NCBI GenBank assembly: GCA_030591685.1
Contig: JAUVAX010000004.1
Span: forward strand, 40,230 to 104,229
Direction of reading: 5' to 3'
DNA: 64,000 bases
Source: Pseudobdellovibrionaceae bacterium
GTDB taxonomy: Bacteria; Bdellovibrionota; Bdellovibrionia; Bdellovibrionales; UBA1609
The position numbers and the translations under genes are program-made. The notes under the pieces were generated by a model that saw nothing but the letters and a program-made list of their open reading frames with translations, did no database searches and was not told the DNA's origin. This document shows positions 1-9,241 of this stretch, one piece after another (the first letter of the stretch is position 1; every line of letters begins with the position of its first letter).

Positions 1-1590
1 AGATTTTGATTCCTCAATGATTTCTTTAGATTTTTCAACGGCCTCTTTAATTAGCTCATCTGATTTAACTCTGGCCTTTCTGAAAATCTCATCCGTTTGA
101 CCTTGAGAAATATTTCGTTTTTCCTCGGCCTCTTTAATTATATTGCTGTAATCAACTTCGGCTTTTTTTAACTTCGCGTCTGCCTCGACAGATGAGATAA
201 CAGCTTTTTGTTCTGAATCCTTAATGTTTTCTTCAGCCTTTAGTTTTGCTGAATCAATAATTTTATCATACTCTAATTGCGCTGTATCAGCTCTCTGCTG
301 ACTTTTAATAATTAAATTTTCACTATTTAATCGGGCGCTCGTTAACATGCTTTCAGCATCTAATTTTTGTGCTTGTATTTTCTTTTCGGAATTTTTAATA
401 ATTTCATTGGCTTTTAGTTTTGCTGCCTCAATGATTTCACCTTGCTCTAACTTTCCTATGGCTATCATTTTTTTGTTTTTAATAACTAAATCTTCGCTTT
501 CCTGACGAGTCCTTTTAATAAAGCCCTCAGCCTCTGACTCTCGAGCTTTAATTTTCAACTCTGAATTTCTAATCGTACTTTCAGCCATCACAATGGCCTT
601 TCTGACGGCCTCTTTTTCATTTTTTTCTATTTGAGAAAGTTTTTCCTGAAGATCAGCTTCCAATTTAGAAATGCGCTTTATCTCGCCTTCATTAGACTCT
701 CTAGCAATGGACTCAGACTCTTGTTTTAATTTTTCAGCCGCCTCATGCGCTTTTAATATAATAAGTTCTGATTCTTTTTTTGCCTCATTTAATTCGGCCT
801 TACTTTTTTCTTTATATCTTTTATAATATTTTTTAGCTGCACTTTTAGCTTGTGCCATTATGTCGTCAGCATTAATTTTGGCCTGCTTTGCTTCCTTTTC
901 CTTATTTGTGACTATATATTTAAGTGACTTTAAGGCCTCTACCCCCACAGCACCCCAAAGCTTGGGTGCGTTTCCTTTATTAACACCATAAGCGTCATAA
1001 ATGTCTTCGGCTGTTTCAGCGTCCTGTACATCTTCACTATCGACGCCAACAGCCCGTATTTCACTCTCTTCTGAGTTTGGGGGCTGCTCCTCACTCCTAT
1101 TTGTCAAATTTACTTCGTCTTGAACTATCGGCGCTTTAGTGGGAAGGCCAGGGATATTAATTTCTAAATTTCTATTAGAATTTTCTGGGATTTTCACCTC
1201 AGATTTTAAATCCTCTATAACAGGGCCTTGAAGGCCTTCTTTATTTGCTTCTACTTCAACGGCAGACGAGTCCTCACCTGACATGCAGATGATCTTTATA
1301 ATCACACCATCTTTATCACCAAGGACCAATGAGGATTCATTTTCAATTTGCACCATATCATTATGCGCAAGTATGCGTCCTTGATACTGTGATCCATTGG
1401 TTGACCCTAGATCCTGCACAAAAACAGCTCCGTCCTCATACCAAACCTTCATATGCTGACGACTGACATCTGTTGAATTGATCATTAAATCACAGTCTTG
1501 TGAGCGACCAATTATAAGTGAGTTTTTATCAATCACATGCTCTGTGACCGCCCCACCAATGTCTACAATAATTTTAAATTCTCTACTCAC
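1..1590 (-). CDS. FHA-domain protein with long C-terminal helical/coiled-coil repeat region (3' end beyond window)
   Basis: Not in the ORF track because it runs off the left edge. I translated the reverse strand by hand: the frame is open from GTG at 1590 to nt 1 (530 codons, no stop). The N-terminus VSREFKIIVDIGG..LIIGRSQDCDLMINSTDVSRQHMKVWYEDGAVFVQDLGSTNGSQYQG is a canonical FHA core. An acidic linker follows, then more than 300 aa of Ala/Lys/Glu helical repeats (e.g. KAEENIKDSEQKAVISSVEADAKLKKAEVDYSNIIKEAEEKR). Confidence 0.8.
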   Translation of the reverse strand, partial: MSREFKIIVDIGGAVTEHVIDKNSLIIGRSQDCDLMINSTDVSRQHMKVWYEDGAVFVQDLGSTNGSQYQGRILAHNDMVQIENESSLVLGDKDGVIIKIICMSGEDSSAVEVEANKEGLQGPVIEDLKSEVKIPENSNRNLEINIPGLPTKAPIVQDEVNLTNRSEEQPPNSEESEIRAVGVDSEDVQDAETAEDIYDAYGVNKGNAPKLWGAVGVEALKSLKYIVTNKEKEAKQAKINADDIMAQAKSAAKKYYKRYKEKSKAELNEAKKESELIILKAHEAAEKLKQESESIARESNEGEIKRISKLEADLQEKLSQIEKNEKEAVRKAIVMAESTIRNSELKIKARESEAEGFIKRTRQESEDLVIKNKKMIAIGKLEQGEIIEAAKLKANEIIKNSEKKIQAQKLDAESMLTSARLNSENLIIKSQQRADTAQLEYDKIIDSAKLKAEENIKDSEQKAVISSVEADAKLKKAEVDYSNIIKEAEEKRNISQGQTDEIFRKARVKSDELIKEAVEKSKEIIEESKS

Positions 1591-1704
1591 TCAATGCACC
1601 TTAGTCTTCACTTCCCCTTTTTATCGGAAAATATAGGGCACAATTGAAGGTTAGGAGCAAGAGTCTAACCCTTAGTCTAGGTATATTTTTTTCAAGTTTT
1701 TCAC

Positions 1705-2637
1705 TTATGACGCTGCTTTTTTAGGTAGCCCTCTACCTGTTAGCAGTTCTTTTTGCAACGCCTGCTCTGCAAGAGCCTCCTCTGGGTCACGGTCCTCATC
1801 AAACTCAGTAAGCCCCTTAGGGATACTATTATTTGTACTTATATGCCAAAGAGTATCAAAAGAGCTCTCTAAAGTATCAACGGAGGTAACAAAAACCCTC
1901 TCTGGTGCAAACGAAGCATTTATAAAGCTTGCACAAACTGACAACATAATCCCAACAAGTGAAGTACTCATGGAGAACGAAATTTTAAGTAAAAATTGAT
2001 CCATCACGTGCTTTGTGGCCTCAACATCCCCTAAATCCATAGCGCCAAGCTCAGGGAGAGCTTTCATAATCCCTAAAAAAGTACCAAATACACCCAAAAT
2101 TATAAAGATCCCTGGCAGAATATTCAACACATCAGTCATAACTGAGGTCGGAAATACACCAAATACTTTACTAAAACACGGGTTTCTTGAAAGTGTTTTT
2201 TTAGAAATATCAAATAACTTTGGGTGACTATTTTCATTATATCTCAGGTTTTTAATATGTCTTAAAATATCATTAACAAACCATGCGGAGCCCTGCTTGA
2301 TTAAGAATATTCGGTCCGCAAGAGACATAATAAAGTCTGGCTTGCTGTGCTTTAGAAAAAAGCGCATCTCAAAGAGTTCATAAAACGTCTTTTCAAGCAT
2401 TTTTTTTGTAAAGACATAAAATGAAACTTCACTTCCGACTTCGTTATCAACTAAATAATTGTCAACTCGCTTTTCAAACTCTTTAGCAAACCATAGCTCC
2501 CTCTTGACTGTGTAGTAAATCAAGGCCCTCAGAGCAATTGCTACAAAGAACAAAACTACCATTGAGGGTATGAGCCAATTTGTAGCAAAAACAACCAGTA
2601 TATCTACAAGGCCTATTATCGTACTTTGGGCATCCAT
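1705..2637 (-). CDS. MotA/TolQ/ExbB-family proton-channel-like membrane protein
   Basis: 310 aa with two N-terminal TM helices and a ~120-aa soluble loop. The following TM hairpin NILPGIFIILGVFGTFLGIMKAL ... STSLVGIMLSVCASF resembles the Pro-containing channel core of MotA/ExbB proteins. It starts 13 nt downstream of the MotB-like gene. Confidence 0.6.
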   Translation of the reverse strand: MDAQSTIIGLVDILVVFATNWLIPSMVVLFFVAIALRALIYYTVKRELWFAKEFEKRVDNYLVDNEVGSEVSFYVFTKKMLEKTFYELFEMRFFLKHSKPDFIMSLADRIFLIKQGSAWFVNDILRHIKNLRYNENSHPKLFDISKKTLSRNPCFSKVFGVFPTSVMTDVLNILPGIFIILGVFGTFLGIMKALPELGAMDLGDVEATKHVMDQFLLKISFSMSTSLVGIMLSVCASFINASFAPERVFVTSVDTLESSFDTLWHISTNNSIPKGLTEFDEDRDPEEALAEQALQKELLTGRGLPKKAAS

Positions 2638-2649
2638 TTTCTACTCTCC

Positions 2650-4443
2650 TTAATTCTCAAGGTTGAATCGTATAATAACTCTTTGAGCTTTTTTACAATC
2701 ATACTTTTTACAATACTCTCTCTGTGACATCCCACTAGCAATATCGCGCTCAGAACCATCTGCCAAATAACTACGTCCTGTTACTTTTACCTTTGGAAGC
2801 AATACTTTTTGAAATTTATACTTCATTTTTCGTGTATCGAAAATATGATCAAAAATTGATCTCGCTCGATAATAACTTAAATCCAAATTATAATTTACAG
2901 CCTCACGGTTTTCAGCCTTTAAACTCACGGGGTCAACAAACTTACCCTTATATGTAGGCGAGGCGAATCCGATAATTTCAACAGATGCAATTTTTTCTGC
3001 TGTTTTTTGGTCTGAAAAAAGACTTTTAGAGTAAAGTGGCATGAATTTCTCTAAAGTTTTCTTCATAGCTCCTTTTAACTTAGCCTTGCCTGTATCGAAA
3101 TACTCATTACCAAAATTAATAATTACATCCCCTGTTTTGCCATCAACAGAAGCCTTAAGACCTGACTTTCTTAGGTTTCTTTGTATTCTCTGCACCAATC
3201 TTTTCTTTGCATTGGCTATTGCTTGTGCCTTTTTTAGGTCCTTTGATAACTGACTCTTGTCCCTTTTTAACCCCTTAACATCAGACGCAAATTTGCTTTT
3301 TTCGCTCAACGCTGTGTTCAACGCATCTTGTGTAGACTGTATCTGCGATTGCATGCTTGCAACTTCTCTTGCTAGTTTTTTCTCTTTTGCCTTAGATTGC
3401 CTTTTAAACTCGGCCTGCTTTGCTGATCGAGCCCTAGAGGAGAGTTTTTGACTCTTTAGCTTTGACATAAATTGTGATTTCTCTTTTGCCATATTTCTCT
3501 TAAAATTACTTTGTAAGCTTTTAACTTTTGATTCAAATTGATTTTTATCATCCTTAAGGGCCTCAATTGTTGAACCCTGTTGGTTGATAGTCTTCTGTGC
3601 TGTTGTTAACTGCACTGTCGCTTGATCTAAATTTGTATTTACTTGCTGCAACTCTTCAGAAATTTTTTCGTTTGAAGATTTCAACTTCTGCACTCGACCC
3701 TTGTTTACTTTTCTTAATTTTGCAATTTTTTGCTTCATTTTCTTTTTTGAAATTTTACGACGCTTATATTCTTTTTCTAATTTCGCGACTTTTTTCTCTA
3801 ACGCTGAATTTAAACTTCCTATTTTTCGCTCGCCCCTAGAAATATCTTTTTCCTTAGATGCGACTGTTCTTTTCAAGCCCTTGATCTCACTTTTCTTCTC
3901 TTTAATATCCCCTTCTTTTGCGATAATAACTCTGTCTTTTCTTTTTATTCGAGCCGCTGAGAGCATATTAGTATTTATGATATTTCTAATCATCTGCTGA
4001 TACTTATTAAGAGCTACTTCTTTTTTTGCATTTTCTTCAGAGGCGGCCTGAAGGGTTTCTTTTTCAGACTTAGCCTCCTCTTTTAATAACTTCAACTTAT
4101 CCATGAGCTCACTATAGACAGCTTGCTCATCCTGCGAAGCGCCTGTTTGCAGATAATTGTCTTTTAAAGTCCTATAAACCTTATTTTGTTGCTTTAGATC
4201 ACTGTTTTCACGAACTAACTTTAGATGCTCAATTTTCTTTTGAACACCAAATGTTCCGGTACGCAAACTCGACGTCACATATAGAAGTAAAAAGACCAGC
4301 GACAGAACCATAAACAAATCTGAATAGGTAGCCCAATGACTACCAGACTCCTGGTCTTGTCTAATTTTATCGTAATCAAAGCTCATATCTGCCTTTTTTG
4401 TTTTACATAATGTATAGGTGCAATTTCGGCAATTTAATGACAC
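2650..4443 (-). CDS. MotB/OmpA-like protein with ~380-aa coiled-coil spacer and C-terminal peptidoglycan-binding domain
   Basis: The track start is a GTG at 4443; the ATG at 4386 (MSFDYDK...) is the more plausible start. SHWATYSDLFMVLSLVFLLLYV matches the MotB-type TM segment with its conserved Asp. Residues ~70-440 are a Lys/Gln/Glu-rich heptad region. The C-terminus (GDVIINFGNEYFDTGKAKL ... IIGFASPT ... NYNLDLSYYRARSIFDHI) is OmpA/MotB-like. Confidence 0.75.
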   Translation of the reverse strand: MSLNCRNCTYTLCKTKKADMSFDYDKIRQDQESGSHWATYSDLFMVLSLVFLLLYVTSSLRTGTFGVQKKIEHLKLVRENSDLKQQNKVYRTLKDNYLQTGASQDEQAVYSELMDKLKLLKEEAKSEKETLQAASEENAKKEVALNKYQQMIRNIINTNMLSAARIKRKDRVIIAKEGDIKEKKSEIKGLKRTVASKEKDISRGERKIGSLNSALEKKVAKLEKEYKRRKISKKKMKQKIAKLRKVNKGRVQKLKSSNEKISEELQQVNTNLDQATVQLTTAQKTINQQGSTIEALKDDKNQFESKVKSLQSNFKRNMAKEKSQFMSKLKSQKLSSRARSAKQAEFKRQSKAKEKKLAREVASMQSQIQSTQDALNTALSEKSKFASDVKGLKRDKSQLSKDLKKAQAIANAKKRLVQRIQRNLRKSGLKASVDGKTGDVIINFGNEYFDTGKAKLKGAMKKTLEKFMPLYSKSLFSDQKTAEKIASVEIIGFASPTYKGKFVDPVSLKAENREAVNYNLDLSYYRARSIFDHIFDTRKMKYKFQKVLLPKVKVTGRSYLADGSERDIASGMSQREYCKKYDCKKAQRVIIRFNLEN

Positions 4444-4919
4444 GATTTTAATTAAGTTGATGTTTATTTGATTTTTTTTTGGTTACGCCTCATTTTCAAA
4501 CGCATTGCCGCGCTCGAGGGCAGGATTCGCTCAATAATCATATCATTTCAAGACAAGTAATAAATTATTGCCGCATGGGGTGTAATTACGGTTTTTACAG
4601 ACGTCGTTGATATAAGGATATTCGCATTATATAGACAAAATGCTTTTTAATATTTTTTAACGAGTAATCCTAACATATGGTGGTCATAATTTTATGAAAA
4701 CTTTTTTGATCTTGAAGCAGCGTTGGCTTTGCTACCCCCAACAGATTTAACAGAAATTTTCCGTACCAGGATAAAGTGGCACCTTCCCCTTAAGCTCTTA
4801 AACACATGTAAATCTCTCGTGATTTTCAGCTTATTTTTAAGAACAAATATAAATTACTTTTTAGCCCTGCCGGAGTTTTATAAAAATCAGATTTTCATGT
4901 GATTAAGCTTATTTAGTTT

Positions 4920-5516
4920 TTATAGTTCGATGTCTTTAGTCACTCTACCCACGGCCTCTGTGACATTAGCTAGAAGCTCTTCCTCTGTAAGTCGCCCACT
5001 AGTAGCTTGAGAAATCGCACGATCAATACTTGAATTATCGATATTATAACTTTGACTTGGGTCCGGCATCACTTCTCGGCCTTGCTCAAGCATGGTTAAG
5101 TGGGAGTTCACAAGTGCCCTTAAATTATGCTCATATTGCAGTCGAACTCTTTTAAGGTCAGCAATTTCAGCATAAATTTTTCTTAACGAATCTCTGGCAT
5201 CTGAAACAATCATTTCAGATTTTTGCTTAGCATCTCCAATAACTAAATGGGCTTCCCTCTCAGCATCTATATGAATTTTCTCACTCATTTTTGTGGCTGT
5301 AGTTATTGTGTGCTTTAAAAGCTCGTCCCTTTCTCTAAATTCATTAATTTGCAGATCTTTATCTCTTAAATTTTCTTTTAATGTGTTTCGCTCGCGAATC
5401 AGCTGTTCCATTTCATCAGAAACTTCTCGCAAAAACTCCATCACTTCTTCGGCGTCAAAGCCCATCATTTTTCTAGAAAAACTTTTATGTGCTATATCTA
5501 TTGGAGCGATTTTCAT
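4920..5516 (-). CDS. divIVA: DivIVA-domain cell-division/polarity protein
   Basis: The N-terminus MKIAPIDIAHKSFSRKMMGFDAEEVMEFLREV matches the DivIVA lipid-binding head (PLDI..K.F.....GY...EVD.FL). A coiled coil follows. Confidence 0.85.
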   Translation of the reverse strand: MKIAPIDIAHKSFSRKMMGFDAEEVMEFLREVSDEMEQLIRERNTLKENLRDKDLQINEFRERDELLKHTITTATKMSEKIHIDAEREAHLVIGDAKQKSEMIVSDARDSLRKIYAEIADLKRVRLQYEHNLRALVNSHLTMLEQGREVMPDPSQSYNIDNSSIDRAISQATSGRLTEEELLANVTEAVGRVTKDIEL

Positions 5517-5715
5517 AATTTTACCCTTTGCTATTAATTAGACCATTAAAACTATTATTTGGTTAAAATTTGCGGGCTTATTTTATCCCACTTAAAATAG
5601 CATACGTTTAGCTCAATAACTAATCAAGGCATTAGCCCTGCATAATTGATTACAGACTTTGGTCTAGCTGCCCTTTGCTGATCAAGCACACGGGGCATCA
5701 GTCTTTAACAAGCTC

Positions 5716-6558
5716 TTAATTTGACGGTTGTACTTTGCCCAACTGAGTGTCTCGAAGAGCGGCCTTTTCAAAACTAATTCTAAGTAAACCTTCTATTTCA
5801 AGCTCACGCATAGCCGTCAAGCCTGAATACGTGACTCCTTTTTTTGAGACTACTTTTTTTTGCAATTCATCAATGCTGGTCTCTGACTGACTTGTAGCTA
5901 ATTTTGAAGCTCCTAAGAAAGTTTTAACGACCATGTTTTGCGCCTCTTGTTCAGAAAACCCATGATCCTCGATCCATGATTGCCAGTATTTCATAAGCTC
6001 AAATACAAAACCAATCCCACTACTGCAGCCCACGGTGAGTGCCTGGAAAGCCTCCCCTTCTTCTGCTCGAACTACGCAACCCATGGGTTCAAATAACGCT
6101 TCTATAGTTGATTGTATAGAGCCCGCCTGTGGCCCCAAGCAGTACCCAATAACGGATTCGTTTATTTTAATTGCCGTGTTAGGCATGACTCTGACAATGT
6201 CACGTACATCCACGAGCCAATTCTGTAACGTTCTAATTTCTATACCCGCAGCTAAACTAATAACTATGTGAGATGAAGTAAAAATTTTTGAAAGCGGTTC
6301 AATGACTTCGTATAAATCCTGTGGTTTTACCCCTAAAACTATAATATCACAGTCATCAATGAGTTCCTCATTGTTGTTAAATATATTAATGCCATACATT
6401 TTTTTTATTTTTACACCCTTAGCCTCAGTTCTCGTCGTAGCGTATAATTGATGGGCTGGAAAACCTGTCGCCAAGAGCCCTTTAATAATCGACTGTCCCA
6501 TGTTTCCAGCACCTAAAAATCCAATTTTTCGAGATTTTAAAAAATGGTCCGTAACCAT
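5716..6558 (-). CDS. proC: pyrroline-5-carboxylate reductase
   Basis: Rossmann motif KIGFLGAGNMGQSIIKGLL. Length (280 aa) and the C-terminal dimerisation region are typical of ProC. Confidence 0.9.
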   Translation of the reverse strand: MVTDHFLKSRKIGFLGAGNMGQSIIKGLLATGFPAHQLYATTRTEAKGVKIKKMYGINIFNNNEELIDDCDIIVLGVKPQDLYEVIEPLSKIFTSSHIVISLAAGIEIRTLQNWLVDVRDIVRVMPNTAIKINESVIGYCLGPQAGSIQSTIEALFEPMGCVVRAEEGEAFQALTVGCSSGIGFVFELMKYWQSWIEDHGFSEQEAQNMVVKTFLGASKLATSQSETSIDELQKKVVSKKGVTYSGLTAMRELEIEGLLRISFEKAALRDTQLGKVQPSN

Positions 6559-6675
6559 ATTGGAGCTCCTCTAAGTTTATATAAAATAATTATTTATTAT
6601 TTTTTACTATAGCACAATCAAATACGCTTTTAAGGCGGGGGGAGGGGACTTAATTCATCAAATCACTATTTAATA

Positions 6676-7398
6676 CTACTCGCCTTTAAATATCGGTTCT
6701 TCTCGAGGGCCCAACAAAATAGTGCCCAAGCGCACAATAGTTGCCCCTTCCTCAATTGCAGTTAAATAATCACCACTTGTGCCCATTGAAATTTGATGAA
6801 AACTTTTTAAACCTAAATCTTTTGAAAGCTCAACCATCAACGTTTTTGCCCTTTTAAATACGAAACGAGCATCATTTGTGTGTTTACTCAGCGGTGGCAT
6901 GACCATTAATCCATTAAGCTCAACATTTGTTAACAATGTTGCCTCCTCGATCAAAGGTAATAAATTTTCCTCGTAAACACCTGACTTTGAGCTCTCCTTA
7001 GAGAGGTTTATTTGCAATAATATTTTTTGCGATACCCCTTTTATTTCTGCATTTTTTTGAATTTCATGCAGCTCTTTAAGTCGACTGACAGAATGAATTA
7101 AGTCTACTTTGCCCACAATGTCTTTAATTTTTTTAGACTGAAGTCGGCCAATAAAGTGCCATGTGATTTTTTTATCTTTAAGCTCCCTCATTTTATTTGT
7201 CAGCTCTTGGGGGTAGTTTTCTCCGAAATTTCTAATTTCGCAATCCAGAGCCTCAAGCACTCGCTCTACAGGTTTCTTTTTACTCACGGCAACGACCGTC
7301 ACTTCATTTGTTTTACGACCTATTTTTTGACAAGTCGCCTTAATTTCATTTTGTATTTTATCCCAATTTTTTTTGACCGACATCCCAACCTCTCTCAT
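6676..7398 (-). CDS. yggS: YggS-family pyridoxal-phosphate homeostasis protein
   Basis: VTVVAVSKKKP (PLP Lys), FGENYPQEL and HFIGRLQSKKIK are YggS/YlmE hallmarks. The true start is probably the internal Met (MSVKKNW) at 7383, because the track start overlaps maf. Confidence 0.85.
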   Translation of the reverse strand: MREVGMSVKKNWDKIQNEIKATCQKIGRKTNEVTVVAVSKKKPVERVLEALDCEIRNFGENYPQELTNKMRELKDKKITWHFIGRLQSKKIKDIVGKVDLIHSVSRLKELHEIQKNAEIKGVSQKILLQINLSKESSKSGVYEENLLPLIEEATLLTNVELNGLMVMPPLSKHTNDARFVFKRAKTLMVELSKDLGLKSFHQISMGTSGDYLTAIEEGATIVRLGTILLGPREEPIFKGE

Positions 7399-7960
7399 TC
7401 AATATTCGCGTTAAAAGCTCCATTGGTAAACCCACAACATTTGTCCATGACCCTGTTGTGGATTTAACAAATTTTGCTCCAAGCCCCTGTATGCCATAGG
7501 CCCCCGCCTTATCCATAGGCTCGCCGGTTTGAATATAGTTTTTGATTTCTTCATTTGAGAGTTCTTTAAACTCGACTTTTGTCTCGTCCACATCAAGTGC
7601 CCAAATATTTTTTTCGGGCTCAAAAATACAAATACCAGTCATGACGCTATGTGTCTTTCCGGATAATTTTAATAAAAACTCCTCTGCCTGAGCACTACTT
7701 ACTGGCTTTCCTAATGGTTGACCTTCAAAAATAACCATAGTGTCCGCGGTAAGTATGATTTTACCGTGTAATTTCAGCAAGTTACAAGTTTTTATATACC
7801 CCTGGGCCTTTTGATAGGCTAGGTCCATCAAAAGGTCACGTAAACTAAGGTTTTCATTCACAATTTCCGATATTTTTATTGGGTCTGTACGAAAATTAAA
7901 CTGTGCACTTTTCAGTAGCTGTTTTCTTCGTGGAGACCCAGAAGCAAGTATAAGCATCAT
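7358..7960 (-). CDS. maf: Maf-like nucleoside triphosphate pyrophosphatase (septum formation protein)
   Basis: N-terminus LILASGSPRRKQLL and C-terminal DKAGAYGIQG are diagnostic Maf motifs. Confidence 0.9.
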   Translation of the reverse strand: MMLILASGSPRRKQLLKSAQFNFRTDPIKISEIVNENLSLRDLLMDLAYQKAQGYIKTCNLLKLHGKIILTADTMVIFEGQPLGKPVSSAQAEEFLLKLSGKTHSVMTGICIFEPEKNIWALDVDETKVEFKELSNEEIKNYIQTGEPMDKAGAYGIQGLGAKFVKSTTGSWTNVVGLPMELLTRILNERGWDVGQKKLG

Positions 7961-7985
7961 AAGCTTAGTTTAAACCACATAAAGG

Positions 7986-8897
7986 GTGCGCATGTTAAGT
8001 TATGATTTTATTTTATTATTCTCAGGTCTTTTTTTAATGGGCTTAAGTATTTACTGGATCTCAAGTGCTGTGATCGGCAACAACTCTGATGCCAACCAGT
8101 TAGCATGGGCCAGCGGCGAGGAACCCATAGAATCAAAATCTCCAATTATAAATTGGTCACGCCCCCTTGTGCACAACTTCACCTTACAACATGCTATGAA
8201 AATTAAAAACCCTATCTATCGAAAAAAAATTAAACACAAAATTTTAACAGCCGGCCTTTCAGGAGAGCTCAATGTTGACGAGTATATCGGCATAAGAATT
8301 CTCTGGGGAATCCTGTTCCCCATTGCCCTTTTGATACTAAATTTTGCCCTAAGGCTAGGCTTCCCCTACTCTCTCTGCATTGCCCTTGGGCTATTTGGAC
8401 TGGCCTTCCCTCACATGTATTGCACACAAATGAAAACACAAAGATACACCGCTGTGCTTGTCGATCTACCCTTTTATGTGGACCTACTGGCCCTCTCGAC
8501 AAAAGCCGGATTAGATATGTTTGAAGCGATTAAAAGAATTGTAGACAAAGCGGACCCCTCTGTTCTCGCCGATGAATTCTCAAACGTCCTCAACGATATA
8601 AAGCTCGGTAGCTCAAGAGCTGATGCTTTAAACGGCCTAGCAAACCGGCTTGATTTACCAGAAATAACTAGCTTTGTTTCCGTCCTTTCTGACTCCTTCC
8701 AGACAGGAGCAAATATTTATGATGTTCTACAGGAACAATCAGAACAAATGAGAGTTGAGCGGTTTGTGCGCGCTGAAAAAGCTGGGGCTAAGGCCTCACA
8801 GACAATTATGATTCCTATGATGATATTTATTCTTCCGGCTGTTTTTATTGTTGTCTTCGCTCCGGTTATTATTCAATTTTTTTATGGGGGGATCTAA
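7986..8897 (+). CDS. TadC/TadB-like type II secretion system F-domain platform protein (orphan)
   Basis: 303 aa polytopic protein. AGL..ELNVDEYIGIRILWG, then LDMFEAIKRIV...LGSSRADALNGLANRL...SFVSVL.QSFQTGANI...LQEQSEQMR fit the T2SS-F/TadC domain pattern. The C-terminal TM is IMIPMMIFILPAVFIVVFAPV. Confidence 0.75.
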   Translation: MRMLSYDFILLFSGLFLMGLSIYWISSAVIGNNSDANQLAWASGEEPIESKSPIINWSRPLVHNFTLQHAMKIKNPIYRKKIKHKILTAGLSGELNVDEYIGIRILWGILFPIALLILNFALRLGFPYSLCIALGLFGLAFPHMYCTQMKTQRYTAVLVDLPFYVDLLALSTKAGLDMFEAIKRIVDKADPSVLADEFSNVLNDIKLGSSRADALNGLANRLDLPEITSFVSVLSDSFQTGANIYDVLQEQSEQMRVERFVRAEKAGAKASQTIMIPMMIFILPAVFIVVFAPVIIQFFYGGI

Positions 8898-9241
8898 TGA
8901 ATCAACTCCATAATACAACAAAAAATCACGTTATTGCTACTGAAGTCATTGTGGCAAAATCTTTCCTTGAAAGAGGTCGCGGACTTCTTGGCAAAAAATC
9001 CTTTCCAAAGAAAAAAGCGCTCTGGATTCATCGTTGTCGAGACATACATACCTTTTTTATGAAGTTCCCCATTGATGTTATATTTGTTAACAAAAAGCTA
9101 CAGGTCCTTTCTGTTCGCACAAATATTAACCCCTGGAGGTTTGCCTTTAATCATAAAGCCAATTCTGTTTTTGAGTTCAAAGCAGGGTCCATCAATAAAT
9201 CTCTTGTCGAAATAGGAGACCAATTAAATGTGGGTTCTTAG
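8897..9241 (+). CDS. DUF192-like small protein
   Basis: AKSFLERGRGLLGKKSF...ALWIHRCRDIHTFFMKFPIDVIFVNKKLQV...NPWR...ANSVFEFKAGS...IGDQL follows the DUF192 (COG1430) pattern as I recall it. Its start overlaps the upstream stop (TAATG). Confidence 0.7.
   Translation: MNQLHNTTKNHVIATEVIVAKSFLERGRGLLGKKSFPKKKALWIHRCRDIHTFFMKFPIDVIFVNKKLQVLSVRTNINPWRFAFNHKANSVFEFKAGSINKSLVEIGDQLNVGS

Noticed and set aside
4387-4443. Cys-rich N-terminal extension (MSLNCRNCTYTLCKTKKAD) of the MotB-like ORF that could be read as a small zinc-binding motif
   Set aside because: The extension starts at a GTG with no Shine-Dalgarno-like sequence. MotB-type proteins normally begin shortly before the TM segment, and the ATG at 4386 gives that normal layout.
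4681-4800. Possible SRP RNA or c-di-GMP (GEMM-I) riboswitch signatures (GAAGCAGC; GTAGCAAAGCC) in the large spacer
   Set aside because: The partner elements are missing. There is no GGAA tetraloop helix with AGGUCAGGUCC for SRP, and no GGCAAACC / GAAA-tetraloop hairpin for GEMM-I. I could not fold the expected helices by eye. The region is kept only as an unexplained spacer.
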